The notes beneath the pieces are model-generated. The model saw nothing but the letters and a program-made list of their open reading frames with translations. It had not been told where the DNA came from and ran no database searches. Shown one piece after another: positions 16,330 to 28,103 of a stretch of 64,000 nt of DNA. Location: positions 2,280 to 66,279 of the forward strand of contig JAAPAO010000136.1 in assembly GCA_013115145.1 (NCBI GenBank), in the 5' to 3' direction. Numbering within the stretch: the first letter of the stretch is position 1; each line of letters opens with the position of its first letter. Position numbers and translations under genes: made by a program. This stretch comes from Perkinsus chesapeaki ATCC PRA-425. Its lineage: Eukaryota; Protista; Perkinsozoa.

Positions 16330-17500
16330 CGCCGCAGGTGTTTCACTGATGAAGAAGACGTATGGCGTAAGCTACAGTTTGGAAGATTTCTAAAGGAGAT
16401 GATCAACATAAATCCCGCTTGAACATACATCATCGAATCAGCAGCAACAATAAACGAACAGAGGCTGTTTCTGGGATCCACTTTACGGGCCTCGAGACTG
16501 TGTTTACGCTGATGTAGTCTGCGTCAAGCTGCTAGGTATCCATCCTAGGTGTAAGTATATTTTGAACGGAATGAGGGCTCCACTGTAGGTAAGGTAACTT
16601 CTTCAGATTCGGTCCTGTGGAAAACCGACTGGTGAAGCCTTTAATGAATCTAATATCCTTCCTCCGCTGCGTAAGTTCCCGATCAGCTACAATGGTAACC
16701 GTAAAAAACTTGACGCTTGACAGCATTAGAATTTCAACACTTCCTCTTAAATTGGGTAGCGATATTGATGAGATGGAGGACGCCAATAGCAGATGGCTTC
16801 TCAAGCCGGGCCCCCAAAATGTTTATACGGTAATATCTTCGTGCACATTCCCGAGCGGCCGTCACGAGGCTCGAATCGGCTATCTCTGACTCCTCTGTCC
16901 AATACTCTCTATTGTGAGCAAACACTCTGTCGCCGATGCATCATCCACTAATGGCCAAGCCCACCGAGGTACCCAATGAATGCAGCCTGAGCATCAGCAC
17001 CATCTTCGAATTCTATCAGCTTCTTAATGGCAATATCCATGCCTGGCCACGACACTTATCCAAGAGAAATATGATAACAAAAGCAGCACGAACACGAGGT
17101 GGTAAAAGTCTAATTGCAAAAGTTACCGGGACACGGTAAGCGGGTATCCACTATTGACAGTCACATTTTGAATGGACAAAGGGCAACGTCCCTTTCCCGA
17201 ATATGGATGGTTCGAGGAGTGAGGTGACTACACTGAAGTCTCTGTTAAAGTCAAAGTTTGAGCGCTTGTGCTCTTTAACAGCCCAGTGCTCTTTATGATA
17301 TTGAAAGTAGCGAGAGGAGGTTGAAGGATCAGACCGCCTAGCATCAATCTTCGGATATAGCCCAGCTCTCCGCGAAAGCCGCTGCTTTCACTGAATCTTC
17401 GAACTGCCGAACAGACTTCAGCGAAGCGTCTCCGCAATTTGATAACAAAAGTTAAAACAGTTGAACTCCTGTTGTATCACATCTCAAGACCTTGAAGTGG
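16330..17500 (-). pseudogene. Disrupted secreted-family member E (pseudogene or sequencing-error-broken gene)
   Basis: Minus strand about 16950-17060 reads SWPGMDIAIKKLIEFEDGADAQAAFIGYLGGLGH*, aligning with gene C EEWGGMWNAIGELESFKEG...AKAAFIGYLSGFCH. Similarity resumes in another frame (IGDRVF..YWTEESEI). Confidence 0.5.
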
Positions 17501-17541
17501 AATAGCCCGCTGCAGGTTAAAAGACTTCCTAAGCAGCGCAT

Positions 17542-17903
17542 ACACTGGCAATTACAGTATAACATACATCACACTGGCAATTACAGTATAACATACATCA
17601 CACTGGCAATTACAGTATAACATACATCACACTGGCAATTACAGTATAACATACATCACACTGGCAATTACAGTATAACATACATCACACTGGCAATTAC
17701 AGTATAACATACATCACACTGGCAATTACAGTNNNNNNNNNNNNNNNNNNNNNNNNNNNNNNNNNNNNNNNNNNNNNNNNNNNNNNNNNNNNNNNNNNNN
17801 NNNNNNNNNNNNNNNNNNNNNNNNNNNNNNCTGGCAATTACAGTATAACATACATCACACTGGCAATTACAGTATAACATACATCACACTGGCAATTACA
17901 GTA
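17542..17903. repeat. 29-bp tandem minisatellite (ACTGGCAATTACAGTATAACATACATCAC)n spanning an assembly gap
   Basis: Identical units with period 29 (starts 17544, 17573, ...) on both sides of the N run; true copy number unknown. Confidence 0.97.
17733..17830. other. Assembly gap (98 N)
   Basis: Run of N characters. Confidence 1.
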
Positions 17904-18143
17904 GATCAATGAAACAGCAGCACGAACAAGGGAACAAGGAATATTTATAGGATCCACTTTAGCGGCTTTCAGATTATCTTTATGGTAATCCAATAGTAAA
18001 GAATTGACAACTCAACAATAAGGGATAGAAGCTTATCAAACCCCAGGGCGATCGACTATCACAAAAAGGGTACCACGCTTCAGCGCAGGATTGCTGTATA
18101 CTCCCATTTTAGGAGTGTGCAATAATAACAATTATCATCGGCA

Positions 18144-18858
18144 TCAACGCCTGTGCTCGAAAACACGGCCAGTATAAGACGAACGCTTCACTTCTTCAGA
18201 GCCCCTTGGTTTGAAGGACAAACTGGTACCATTAACACAATGCCGTTCGTCTGTAGCATATCTGATAGAAAAAGCGTAGAAACAGTGCCTAGATACGAAG
18301 CCAAGCTCACCCCATGCCTTCGCCGCGGAACACATGGCCGAGATGTGAGCCACATTTAGAACAAAGTATTTCAATACGACCAGAACCATCAGTCTCCATA
18401 CGTTCTGCAACAGCATCGTCGATGTTAGTCCAATAACCCGGCCACCCACAACCGCAATCGAACTTATGACTCGAATCGTATCTGGTAGAGTAAGTGTAAG
18501 TCTCCGTATCATCGGTTATATCTGAGCTATAGGCTGATTACAGTGGTGTATCACAAGCACCACAAAGATAAGTGCCATCAGCAAAGTTATCATCCCATCC
18601 ACCTTTTGCCATAGTTATACCGCGAGGCTCGGTAGCAGCTTCCCTGAGGACCTAAGTTAATGCTATATTCATGATGAAAATTAACTCTTGTCATTGATGC
18701 ACCTTGAATTGTGTAGGAGTGAGCCTCTCTTTGAAATAATCATCGCCTTTATCCAATGTACCATCAATTTGAAGAGAAGTCTTACTGCATGCTAGTCGAC
18801 CGTTTACACTACTACTCATTGATCGAATGGGGAAGAGTGAAAATAAACGCTTAAGCAT
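18144..18858 (-). CDS. msrB: Peptide methionine-R-sulfoxide reductase MsrB (Zn-binding, Cys-type), probable organellar targeting
   Basis: Exons read YFKERLTPTQFK|VLREAATEPR..GTYLCGACDTPL|YDSSHKFDCGCGWPGY..EILCSKCGSHLGHVFRGEG|ATDERHCVNGTSLSF. N-terminus MLKRLFSLFPIRSMSS resembles a transit peptide. Confidence 0.95.
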
Positions 18859-19236
18859 AAACTGACACGAATACTTGATCATGACATCATAGCCCTTTGC
18901 CAATTTACCTACTGATGGCTACTAGATAGCACGCACACGCACACAACCGGAGTCGGCGTGCTCAACCGGCTGAAGCACCTCACTCATTGATGACATCAAT
19001 TTCACCAGACATCTCCCTTGACTTCGTGATTGAATACACAATACAAGAGAGATCTTGAATTGAGCTGATTACCCCTGACTTGGTCGTTTTCGAGAGGTAC
19101 ATTGTAAACTCAAAGCTAAGCTGAACAGTAACACAGCCATCTTAACATAAGCACATGTGTACGTACACCTTGGAGAGTTGTCTTCACTTATCCCAACAGT
19201 TAATAAAAACAACAGCAACAATGAGAGCAATTCCAT

Positions 19237-22200
19237 TTAGCTGGCCATTTCTGCAGTCATTTCTGCGAGACCTTTAAGTGCCTCGCCAAGGAGAGTAACC
19301 CCGGGAAGAAGGGTAAATACGACCGAGTCATTCTCGATTTCCTCCTTCCTTGCTTTTCTGGCCTCCTCGTAAGATTTTGTAATATTTGGTAACTTACGAG
19401 GCGATTGTAGCATTTGGAAAGCAATAAGATATTCGCAGAGTGTCAGTCGACACACTTCATCGATTTCAGTCGCAAGCACTGGATGAATCTTGCTAAGATG
19501 AGGACCTAGACGGTTCCAAACTGGGTTGATGAATTCCAGCTCGGTTATAACAGAACTAAAAGGAACAACATGTACAATGGGGATCGCACGGCAGCTTAGC
19601 ACATCCACGCTTACTCGTCGCTCCTTATCGATAAAATCACGAGATCGCTCCGAAGTGTGAGTGAATACTTGGGGACTGTCCCACCTGGCTTTCTAGGCTC
19701 CGCCGATGCCATGGTACAGAGTCCACGATTCTCCTGAGTCATGGAGTTAGCGCGATCAAGACTCTTCCACTCACTTCAACCCAGTTCGATCCAGCATTCC
19801 GGCGAGCTTTCTCCTCCCTTATCGCCGAGGCTCTGTCATGTGCCATTCCAACAGTCTTCATTATGAAATCAGACAATGTGTTCTTTCTAACGAGGGCTTC
19901 CCGCTTATCCGATGACTTCCACTTTCCCTCCCCAATCTCTATCTGCATCTTCTGCACCACTCGAAGAAAAAGGTACACATTGACAATATGAATGGTCTCT
20001 CTCCATTTTTGTACAAGAGTGTCACGAAGCCTTGTGTGACACGTGAAGGAGGGAGTAGTAAAGCTGGTTGGTCGTCTAAAGTACCAAGATGAGAAAGCCC
20101 CCAAATGAATTAGTTATTTGCTTACATTTTCGCAAGCTCAATACTTCCTCGGTTCGTGGTGAGTACGACGATGCCAGAGGGAGTAGAGGTGAATACATAC
20201 GTCTGAATGTAGGCGTTGCATTCCCTTTTGATACTGCATTCTCGAACCTTGGCTCAAGATCTTACACCAGATAATGATGACCATTTACCTACCGATTCCA
20301 TTGCAAGTTCATTCAGCCTTGTAAGTGAAGTAGATACGATACCACCATCATCAACAATATTCAACTTCACCGTCCCATCCTCGGAAGCTGTACTAGTTCG
20401 GAGCGCCCTCCAAGCAGCCTTATCGAAAGGTTCCGCTTCAGCCGGGAGGAGCTTCTCCTCGTTGTAAATATTGAGGGCGGCACCCATATACCGTAGAAGA
20501 CTGAGCTTGCATAACTCTACAAATGGAGCCTCCTTTGGTGTCTCTGAAGGAACGGTTATCTGCTGGTAGCTTTCTCCAAGGCGAGTGAAGAGATATTTCA
20601 TGAATCTATCGCTCCCTCGACCGGTACTAAGAAAAAGTTAACCGATAAGGAAAGCGACGGAAACATGTTTTACTATTCCGGCCCAGCGGTTTCCCGGATG
20701 ACGAAGTCTGATGTCAAACTTAAAGTGAATGTCCGAGCCCGAGGATATCTAACTTCTACGCTGCAAGTCGACGATGCCTAAAGTAATAAAATGTGATGTG
20801 TCAAAGTAGACTTGATGTCATCTTACCAGGCTCTTAGTGAGCGAAGTGTGCCAGTGTGTCAGAGAGAACTCACCGGTGAGGAGACTACCGTCACTGGCAG
20901 TCTCGGCAACTATCCAAGATTTCTCAGCGTCGTCCTCCACTAATGTGCTCAAAAGCCTCAAGGCAATCGCCGATGGTGTTATGAAATAGACTGAGCGGTC
21001 CACTACTGGTTTAAACCAGATAGATGAATCTTTCATCTCAGCCGTTATATACTCCAGGAGCATCGGTTTCAGACTCGGTAGTGCAGCGCCTTTCATTTCG
21101 TTGGACAGACTGTGTTCCCATGCCTTTAGCAAGTACTCGAGAAGATATCTCTGACAGAGATTGACATCAGATGCTTCGTCCTCGAACTCAAGGAAGGAGT
21201 CATCATCCCAATCACCATCCTCGTGAAGGACTGAATCACCACCCTTCCCCGAGCCGGCTACTCTGAGCGATGATACATCGATGACGAACGGAGTAATAAT
21301 TACTCTAAAGACAAAACGAGTTCACTGATTTGGATGCTATTGGCTTCCTTCAAGGCCGCAATGCGACACGATCTTTCAAGTGCCTGCACACGGTGATAGG
21401 TCTAGTGGTAGCTTGAAGATATTACTGGCAACGATATCGCCCAGTATGGATTATCTTGTGCGTTTTTCAACAGTTTGGAATGCATAGTCGGTATCGTGCT
21501 TTGCCAGACCAACATGTTCGTTGAGTCGAGACCAACGGCCCCTTCGCTATATTTGTGATCCCGTGAAGTGTATGAGCTCTTAAGGGCTTCGAACACGCTC
21601 GGCAGACTCTTCTCCGCCACTACCAGTCTGTGGTCACTCCGAGGCGCATCAGTTTGAAAATAGAAAAGATAACATGCGATAGAAAGAATGCATTTCTCGT
21701 CTTCGGTGGTTATCTTTATCGTCTTAGCAAACTGTTGGCAGCGAGCCAATACGTCAGAGTATCTTGGTAGCCTCGTCAAACCTCTTCTGTCAGCCATGAA
21801 AGGATAGACATCGGTTCTGATGGAAAAAGGATCTTCTACGCGTCGGTGAGCGCGGAAGGCCGAGTTATCAAAAATACGAATATGATGGTACTACTACTGC
21901 AGGACTACTGATGAAGCGTCTAACTTACTCGCCATCGGTTATCATATGTATTTGGGCTAGTCCTTCCGGAGAATACGAATCCTTCATCTCAAAATAATAA
22001 CTTTTATCATTTGATTCCCAAGTTGCTCGACAAGGCATATCCTTACAAGACATAATATAACAATTCAATTACTTTTTAAACTCACCTTCCTTTCTTTAAC
22101 TGCATTTTCAAGTTCGAGTAAAGCTTTACCAAGATCGGATCTTTCGTCCACTCTAAAGCTTTTACGATTCTGTTGGCCTTCATCATGTTGTCTGTCTTCC

Positions 22201-24535
22201 CAATAAATCACTTTGTCCATTTCTTTTCCATCCAAATCTTTATAAGATTTTCCCATAACTTCATTTGCGTATTTGAGTATTGCACGAAGATGATCAAATA
22301 TAGCCATACGGCAGAGGGTAACATCATCATGTAATGAGGAAGGGTTAATAGGAGATGGTTGGAAATAATGCATCAAATCAATCCCCAGTTTGTTAGGATA
22401 TTCAATAAATGAATTATCACCAACCCTACAGAAATAGGTATGTGTTACGATAGTAATGGTTACGTAACTACCCAAATCGTTGAACTTTATGTATTTTAAA
22501 ATCCTGGTCAAGTTGTAACTCAAGTTTGCTCTCTTCGTTGCCCATCTGTGATATCTCACATAATACTGGATCCTGAGCATGTTCATAATACAATACTAAT
22601 GCTTCATTTCCCTACCCTTGGGGGCGGTGTTATAACGTTCGACATAGGCAAGTCGTCGAAGTTAATCCTCATAAGGGTTACCAGCTGCTCCCCCAGGAAA
22701 GATTCGCTCTCCACCATGAATACGTTCAGGTCGGATGCGGGTAAGCTGCTGATGTCCGTTCTCGTCTTGGCGCCAATAAGACCCATCAACTTCCGTGTCA
22801 TGTACTGTTGAGAGAGCTCCATAGCTGCGACTATGCTGTCCATTAGCTCTCTTTTGCAACTTTTCTTTTTCTTCTTCCGACGTGAAGTATTCTCGGCGTG
22901 CTTGAGGGTATGGGAGAAAGCCCTGAGAGAGGGCACTTGGTTGTCGACAAGGATTCCGACAAAGCAACTGTACGGGCTTAGAAGGTTGCGCCTTACTCGG
23001 CTTGGGAGTTCTGAACGGATCTGGTAATTGCACCGAGCAAGACATCTCCTTGTTGGTTGAGGAATATCTGATAGTTATGTTGGTCATCCCCACTTTTGAC
23101 AATTGTCCCTAAAGTGCATTTAGAATCCTAAACATGAATAAGCTCGACTATATAATAATGTTATCATTACAGTAAAGTATTCCACACCAGTTGTTGGTTC
23201 AAGTGCCACCATATATCCTATAAGCTCACTCAACCCTATCACTGCTGCTTCCATGGTAGTAGACTGTGGGATTTGGAAGCCTCCCTTACGGTCTTCCTTC
23301 AGTTCTAGTATTGTATTAAATTCGTGTTCCGTCGACGGAACCGAGAGTAACGAGTATGATGATTTCGATGATAGGGACGAAGATGATGATGATCTTTGTA
23401 AGGAAGGGGAGGATGATCTTCGTGAGGCTTGGGAGGATGACATGCGCGATGATGATGATGATGATCTTTGTAAGGAAGGGGAGGATGATCTTCGTGAGGC
23501 GGGGGAGGATGACATGCGCGATGATGATGATGATGATGACTGCAGTGATTCTTGGGATATTCCATCTCCTTTTATTAACTCCTTAATTTCCTCATTCACA
23601 GGTAAAGCCTTCCAATAGTATCCAGTGGTAATATGGATCAGTATGGCCTGTAAACACCTGTTTCTTGGTGACTTAGGATTATCCTCCAAATCCATGGGCC
23701 AGACCGCATTGACAAGTTCTTTAATCTTGCTAAGAATGGCTGAGAAGCCCTTCATCACGCGGTAGTTGATTCTGAACAAGTCATTACCCGATCCAGTTGA
23801 CAGTGGATCGTGGGACTCCATCTTAAAATATATGTTACTATCAACGTTTACCGATGAATACGACACCAATTTAAGTACATACAGTCTCGTCACAAAATTG
23901 TCCCGCGCCGATCTGAATAGGTTTCTGATAGGGTACTGTATAAAAATAAAGTTGGTACTAGCAATCAACCACAAATTTCCAGCCCAACACAGAGGTGTAG
24001 AACTCATCATCCCGCGACCTCTGACTTCCGAGATATCCAGTTTTAGGGAAGCTAACGCCCGCCAAACTTTTACCTTGGAATTTTTCATGTTCATTTGAGA
24101 ACACCAAAAATTCATTATTTTGCCCTATCGAAAACCTATTCACCGGGACAATTCTTTGCCAGACTGTATCATAGGGGGCGCTCAGTAATATACTGTATCT
24201 TACACGAATATGCGGCGCGCAAGAATGAACTGCAGCTAACGTGCGACCTCAAAACGGCCACTCAAAAGAAACTAGTGCTTATAAATGATTGAAACAAAAT
24301 CTTACTGGCTGTTGGTGTGGGAATCCAATTCAAATGTTCCCACACCTTCCTTAAATTCAAAGAGGTACTCCTTTCCCATAACTTTATATTTAGCTGTGCA
24401 CTTCTTAACCTTTTTATTGCCAATCTGAGTAATAACAATTCATTCAAGACTAACTGTGATAATTGTTACCATTCGAGAAGTTGATAATACCTCGACACCC
24501 AATGCCAGTAATATTAGGTGACAAGTGTACAACAT
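19237..24535 (-). CDS. Secreted modular family member B (paralog of A)
   Basis: Same N-terminus as A (MLYTCHLILLALGVEVLSTSRM). Collinear exons 23120, 22604, 22065, 21402, 20818, 20254, 19739 and 19237 match A exon by exon. C-terminal exon has EVCRLTLCEYLIAF and TLLGEAL. Confidence 0.78.
23382..23538 (-). repeat. 72-bp intragenic duplication plus (GAT)n tracts encoding a Ser/Arg-rich linker in gene B
   Basis: GATCTTTGTAAGGAAGGGGAGGATGATCTTCGTGAGGC recurs at 23391 and 23463. Encodes SSSSSSRMSSS[PQ]ASRRSSSPSLQR twice. Confidence 0.9.
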
Positions 24536-24790
24536 GGATTAAAAGGTAACAACAACAACTACCAAAAGGAATGTGAATCTCTACATGCCTCGGAGTAACG
24601 CTTTGACTACCTCAGGAATCCTTAGTATTTCAAAACACAGGTAGAGCAAATGAAAGTGGACCGACGCAGCACCGTCTACGTTTCTAAATGGCTTGGGTTT
24701 AGCGCTGCTAGTGTTGGAAGTAACACTGCCGGTCATCTCTTTGCTATAATTGATCAGCCCGGATATGTCGCCATACTTACTGTAGATGCT

Positions 24791-25156
24791 CTAAAGATAC
24801 GAAAGAAGTGCTATTTCATAGAAAATGTTAAGATCATTCGTTATTCCGATTACCATGATCGGTATCCAAACGGACGTATTGCTCAATACGTGCAGCCTGC
24901 ACGGTGCAGGCAAAGGCGAATTAAGGTACGCGATCGGCATATGGATGGTGCGATGAGCGGTTCCCTGATACACTATATTCAATAGAAGTGCCCTATTTCG
25001 CCTATCCGCTGAGAACCGAACCATTCGGTTACCATTCAAACGTGAATTGCGATATACAATCGAATCGGTAGCGTTGACGAGACTGTCCTTAAAGTGAATA
25101 GGAGGACCCGTCAAAAAATAGCTCGACGACGAGAGGATGGCGAAAACGCAAAGCAC
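24791..25156 (-). CDS. Hypothetical protein fragment
   Basis: 121-aa ORF with a hydrophobic start and no recognisable motif; no in-frame ATG found. Confidence 0.25.
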   Translation of the reverse strand: MLCVFAILSSSSYFLTGPPIHFKDSLVNATDSIVYRNSRLNGNRMVRFSADRRNRALLLNIVYQGTAHRTIHMPIAYLNSPLPAPCRLHVLSNTSVWIPIMVIGITNDLNIFYEIALLSYL

Positions 25157-25320
25157 AGAGGCAGTTATAACATCATTATTAATACATCACATATCACAAT
25201 CATGGAAAACACACGCTTTTAAACATATTGTTAATACTTGATAGACATGAAAAAGATGAGATTAATTCATCATGCACATATAAATAAGCAACAGTGCCCT
25301 CGCCACCGAGCAGCAGCAGC

Positions 25321-27854
25321 TCAATCCTTCTGCAGGTACTTCATCAGATCTTCGAATGCCATCGCGAGTGGTTTATCCTTTCCCGATGCTATCTCGAATG
25401 TCGCCTCTCCGATGCTGTACATTTCCTTCTCATCGGTTATCTTCGACCAGAGGGGCTTGGTCCTCATCACTTCACTGTTACAGCGATCATACACATACTT
25501 GCCCAGATTATAGGTTATCTGCCCGTTCTTGTCCTCTTTACTGCGCTGAACAATATGGCAGAAACCACTGAGATAACCGATGAATGCAGCCTTGGCGATT
25601 CCCGCCGACGATGCAGGTAAGTCTCCCGCGGGACCTTCTTTGAAGCTTTCCAGCTCGCCAATCGCGTTCCACATGCCTCCCCACTCCTCTGGCCTGATGA
25701 GAAGATGACTAACCACTATTACGACTGGAAATAATAGTGAACACTTAATTTCGTCGACTATCCCTTCGCAAATACAAATCCGGGCAAACAGGTTTCGCGG
25801 AAGGATCCAGGGGGGCATGTTTCTTCATGTGAGAGGGTTATGGTCAATAACTTACTCGTTAGGGAGGCGAATGGTACGGGGAGTGAAGTCCCTTTTCAAC
25901 TCGAGGGAATACTCTGTACCGGCTAAGTTGAAGTACCAGGTATCATCCTAAAAACATTTTAGAAATAATGAAACCTACAATGTGTTAAACTAACCTGGTC
26001 TCGAGGAAGTATTGCTATCTGTGGTCGATTACTACCAGCCAGAATATCGGCAGCAGCTTGGAGGAGAATGTCCCCAGCGAGTGACGATGGTAGATGGAAG
26101 GTTGATGGAGTGGCGAAAGATTCCCAGTGTTCAGCGTCAAGCCTCAGCTGCTCCGCGATTTCGTCCTCGAAGGCTGCTGTATCGAGGTGGTCCGAACTTA
26201 TATGATTCCAAACATAAAGCAAAAGCTCCTCAATGTTCCTTGTACAGTTTTCTTTTGGGTTATCTTTCGATAGTAGTGCTTCCGGCATACCAAATTGAAC
26301 CAGCACATCAGGTTTGATGATAGCTTTACGGATACTGAAACAGAAGGACATTGCCCCCAAACATGCATTGTCAACAACAATAGCTTACTTCATATCTTTA
26401 CCACCTTCCTTGAACTTATAGTAAATCTTAGCACCATCTTCGCTCATAGCCATTTCATACATAACATCAGTTTTGCCATTATGAGTGGTGAATGCTGTGA
26501 AGACTCGACATTGAGATATCTGAACAGGTGGATTCATGTATCCGATAAAGCACCAAGGTCGCACATCTGCCTGCAGCATGTTCTCATAATGCGATACATC
26601 CTTCCGAATGCTCATGGGGAACTGAGGATGCCCCTCTTGAGAGGAGGAGGATGACCTTCGTGGAGGAGGAGGGGGCGGGCGGGAAGACCGTTCACCAGGA
26701 GACTGTGGAGAGGGAGATCTCGACCTCTCTTTAGAAGGAGACCTTTGCGGGGGAGGAGACCTCGGCGGAGGCGGGGGCGGTGGGGAGACCTGCCCACCTG
26801 ATGGCTGTGGAGAGGGAGATCTCGACCTCTCTTTAGAAGGAGACCTTTGCGGGGGAGGAGACCTCGGCGGGGGCGGTGGAAAGTCCTTTGGGGATCGAGG
26901 AGTAGGAGGGGTCCTATCAGGCCTTGGCGCTGGTAGAGGAGGTCGACCAGATCTACCAGCACCTGGTGAAGGGGACCTCGGTGGCATGACCAGTGGTGAT
27001 GGCACCGGCTCCGAGGAAGGCTGAAGGGGCCCATTAGCCTCCGGTTGGGGCTCTGGCTCAGCAATAACCGACTTTAGATCAAGTGTGTCCTGAGCAGCAG
27101 AAGCGACGGAGTAACTGTAATGCTGACGAGAGTAGCATCTTACAGGGCGATTTGCCCTCTTCTTCGGGAGTGATGCTCGACTCTTCTTTTCAGGCAGCGG
27201 CGGTTTTGCCTACGAACAACCAACTATTGTGAGGTGATAAACCGATATAGAAGACATTGCCAGAACACTATGTAAATTACGCAACTAGGAATGGGCGAGG
27301 AGGATCGAGCAGCAGCCTCACCACGTCCAGTGCGGGGTTGTTAAACACGGAGGGGGTCTTTTTCTTAATGGGGAGCTCTGGGGCCTCATCAATCTCCGCT
27401 TCAGGCTGCTGGGCTCCTTCAAATACCTTTCTTCGTGCTTCCAGTTTTCGACTAACCTCATCACTTGCACCGCCATCAACACGGAATCCCGCACGAGTCT
27501 GAAAGACACTCGAATGTAGCCTAGCCATCATTAGTGCTGATTCTGCTGCTGCCCACCGGAGCGGCCGGCGGCGACCCTCCTTCCCCTGCCGTCGTTCGGG
27601 CTAGCCTGAACCCTCTTGGCTGAAAGCAAGCGAGAAATCATATGGGATCGAGAATCAAGAGAGTGAATCGAGAAGGCAAAACTCACTAATGAAGGCTTCG
27701 GCGGAGGAACAGGTGATCCCTGAAAATATAAGACTAGAAGCTGGTTGTGGCACCATTCCCTTACACTCCTCCCCTTGGTGGAACTCGAACTATGAAGAGC
27801 TAGAACATAGCCACCAGACAGCGCGAAGGCTGCTGCTACCTTAAGAGGATACAT
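25321..27854 (-). CDS. Secreted modular family member C with Pro/Ser/Arg-rich linker
   Basis: Signal-like MYPLKVAAAFALSGGYVLA, a Pro-rich region (ORF 26385), then PWC..QCRVFTAFTTHNGKTDVMYEM, ENCTRNIEELLLYVW and AKAAFIGYLSGF in successive exons. Confidence 0.7.
26703..26878 (-). repeat. 102-bp-period intragenic duplication encoding PPPPPRSPPPQRSPSKERSRSPSPQ twice
   Basis: CTGTGGAGAGGGAGATCTCGACCTCTCTTTAGAAGGAGACCTTTGCGGGGGAGGAGACCTCGGCGG recurs at 26703 and 26805. Confidence 0.9.
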
Positions 27855-28103
27855 AGTGCGTTGAAAGATACGAAAAGGGATAATATCACCCCAGCCGTTT
27901 CCAAGGTTAACAAACACGGAACCAGAACGTTTACACAACAACAGCAACAACATTTTCCCACATCACCACGTCTCCATGGGAACAACGTAACATTGAAATA
28001 TAAAGATATTATTAAGGATTGATTATCTGCGATTTTTTGGGGGGTAACGGAGGAGGAACAACATCGTTCAGCAGGACGCTTTGTGATACTCTTTCTACCT
28101 GAG

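Noticed and set aside
18988-19068. Possible C/D-box snoRNA (TGATGA...CTGA)
   Set aside because: Imperfect C box, no convincing terminal stem, and no rRNA complement that I could identify.
20248-20258. CTTGGCTCAAG matching the 3' part of the spliced leader
   Set aside because: 11 nt, antisense within gene B, and not upstream of a plus-strand gene.
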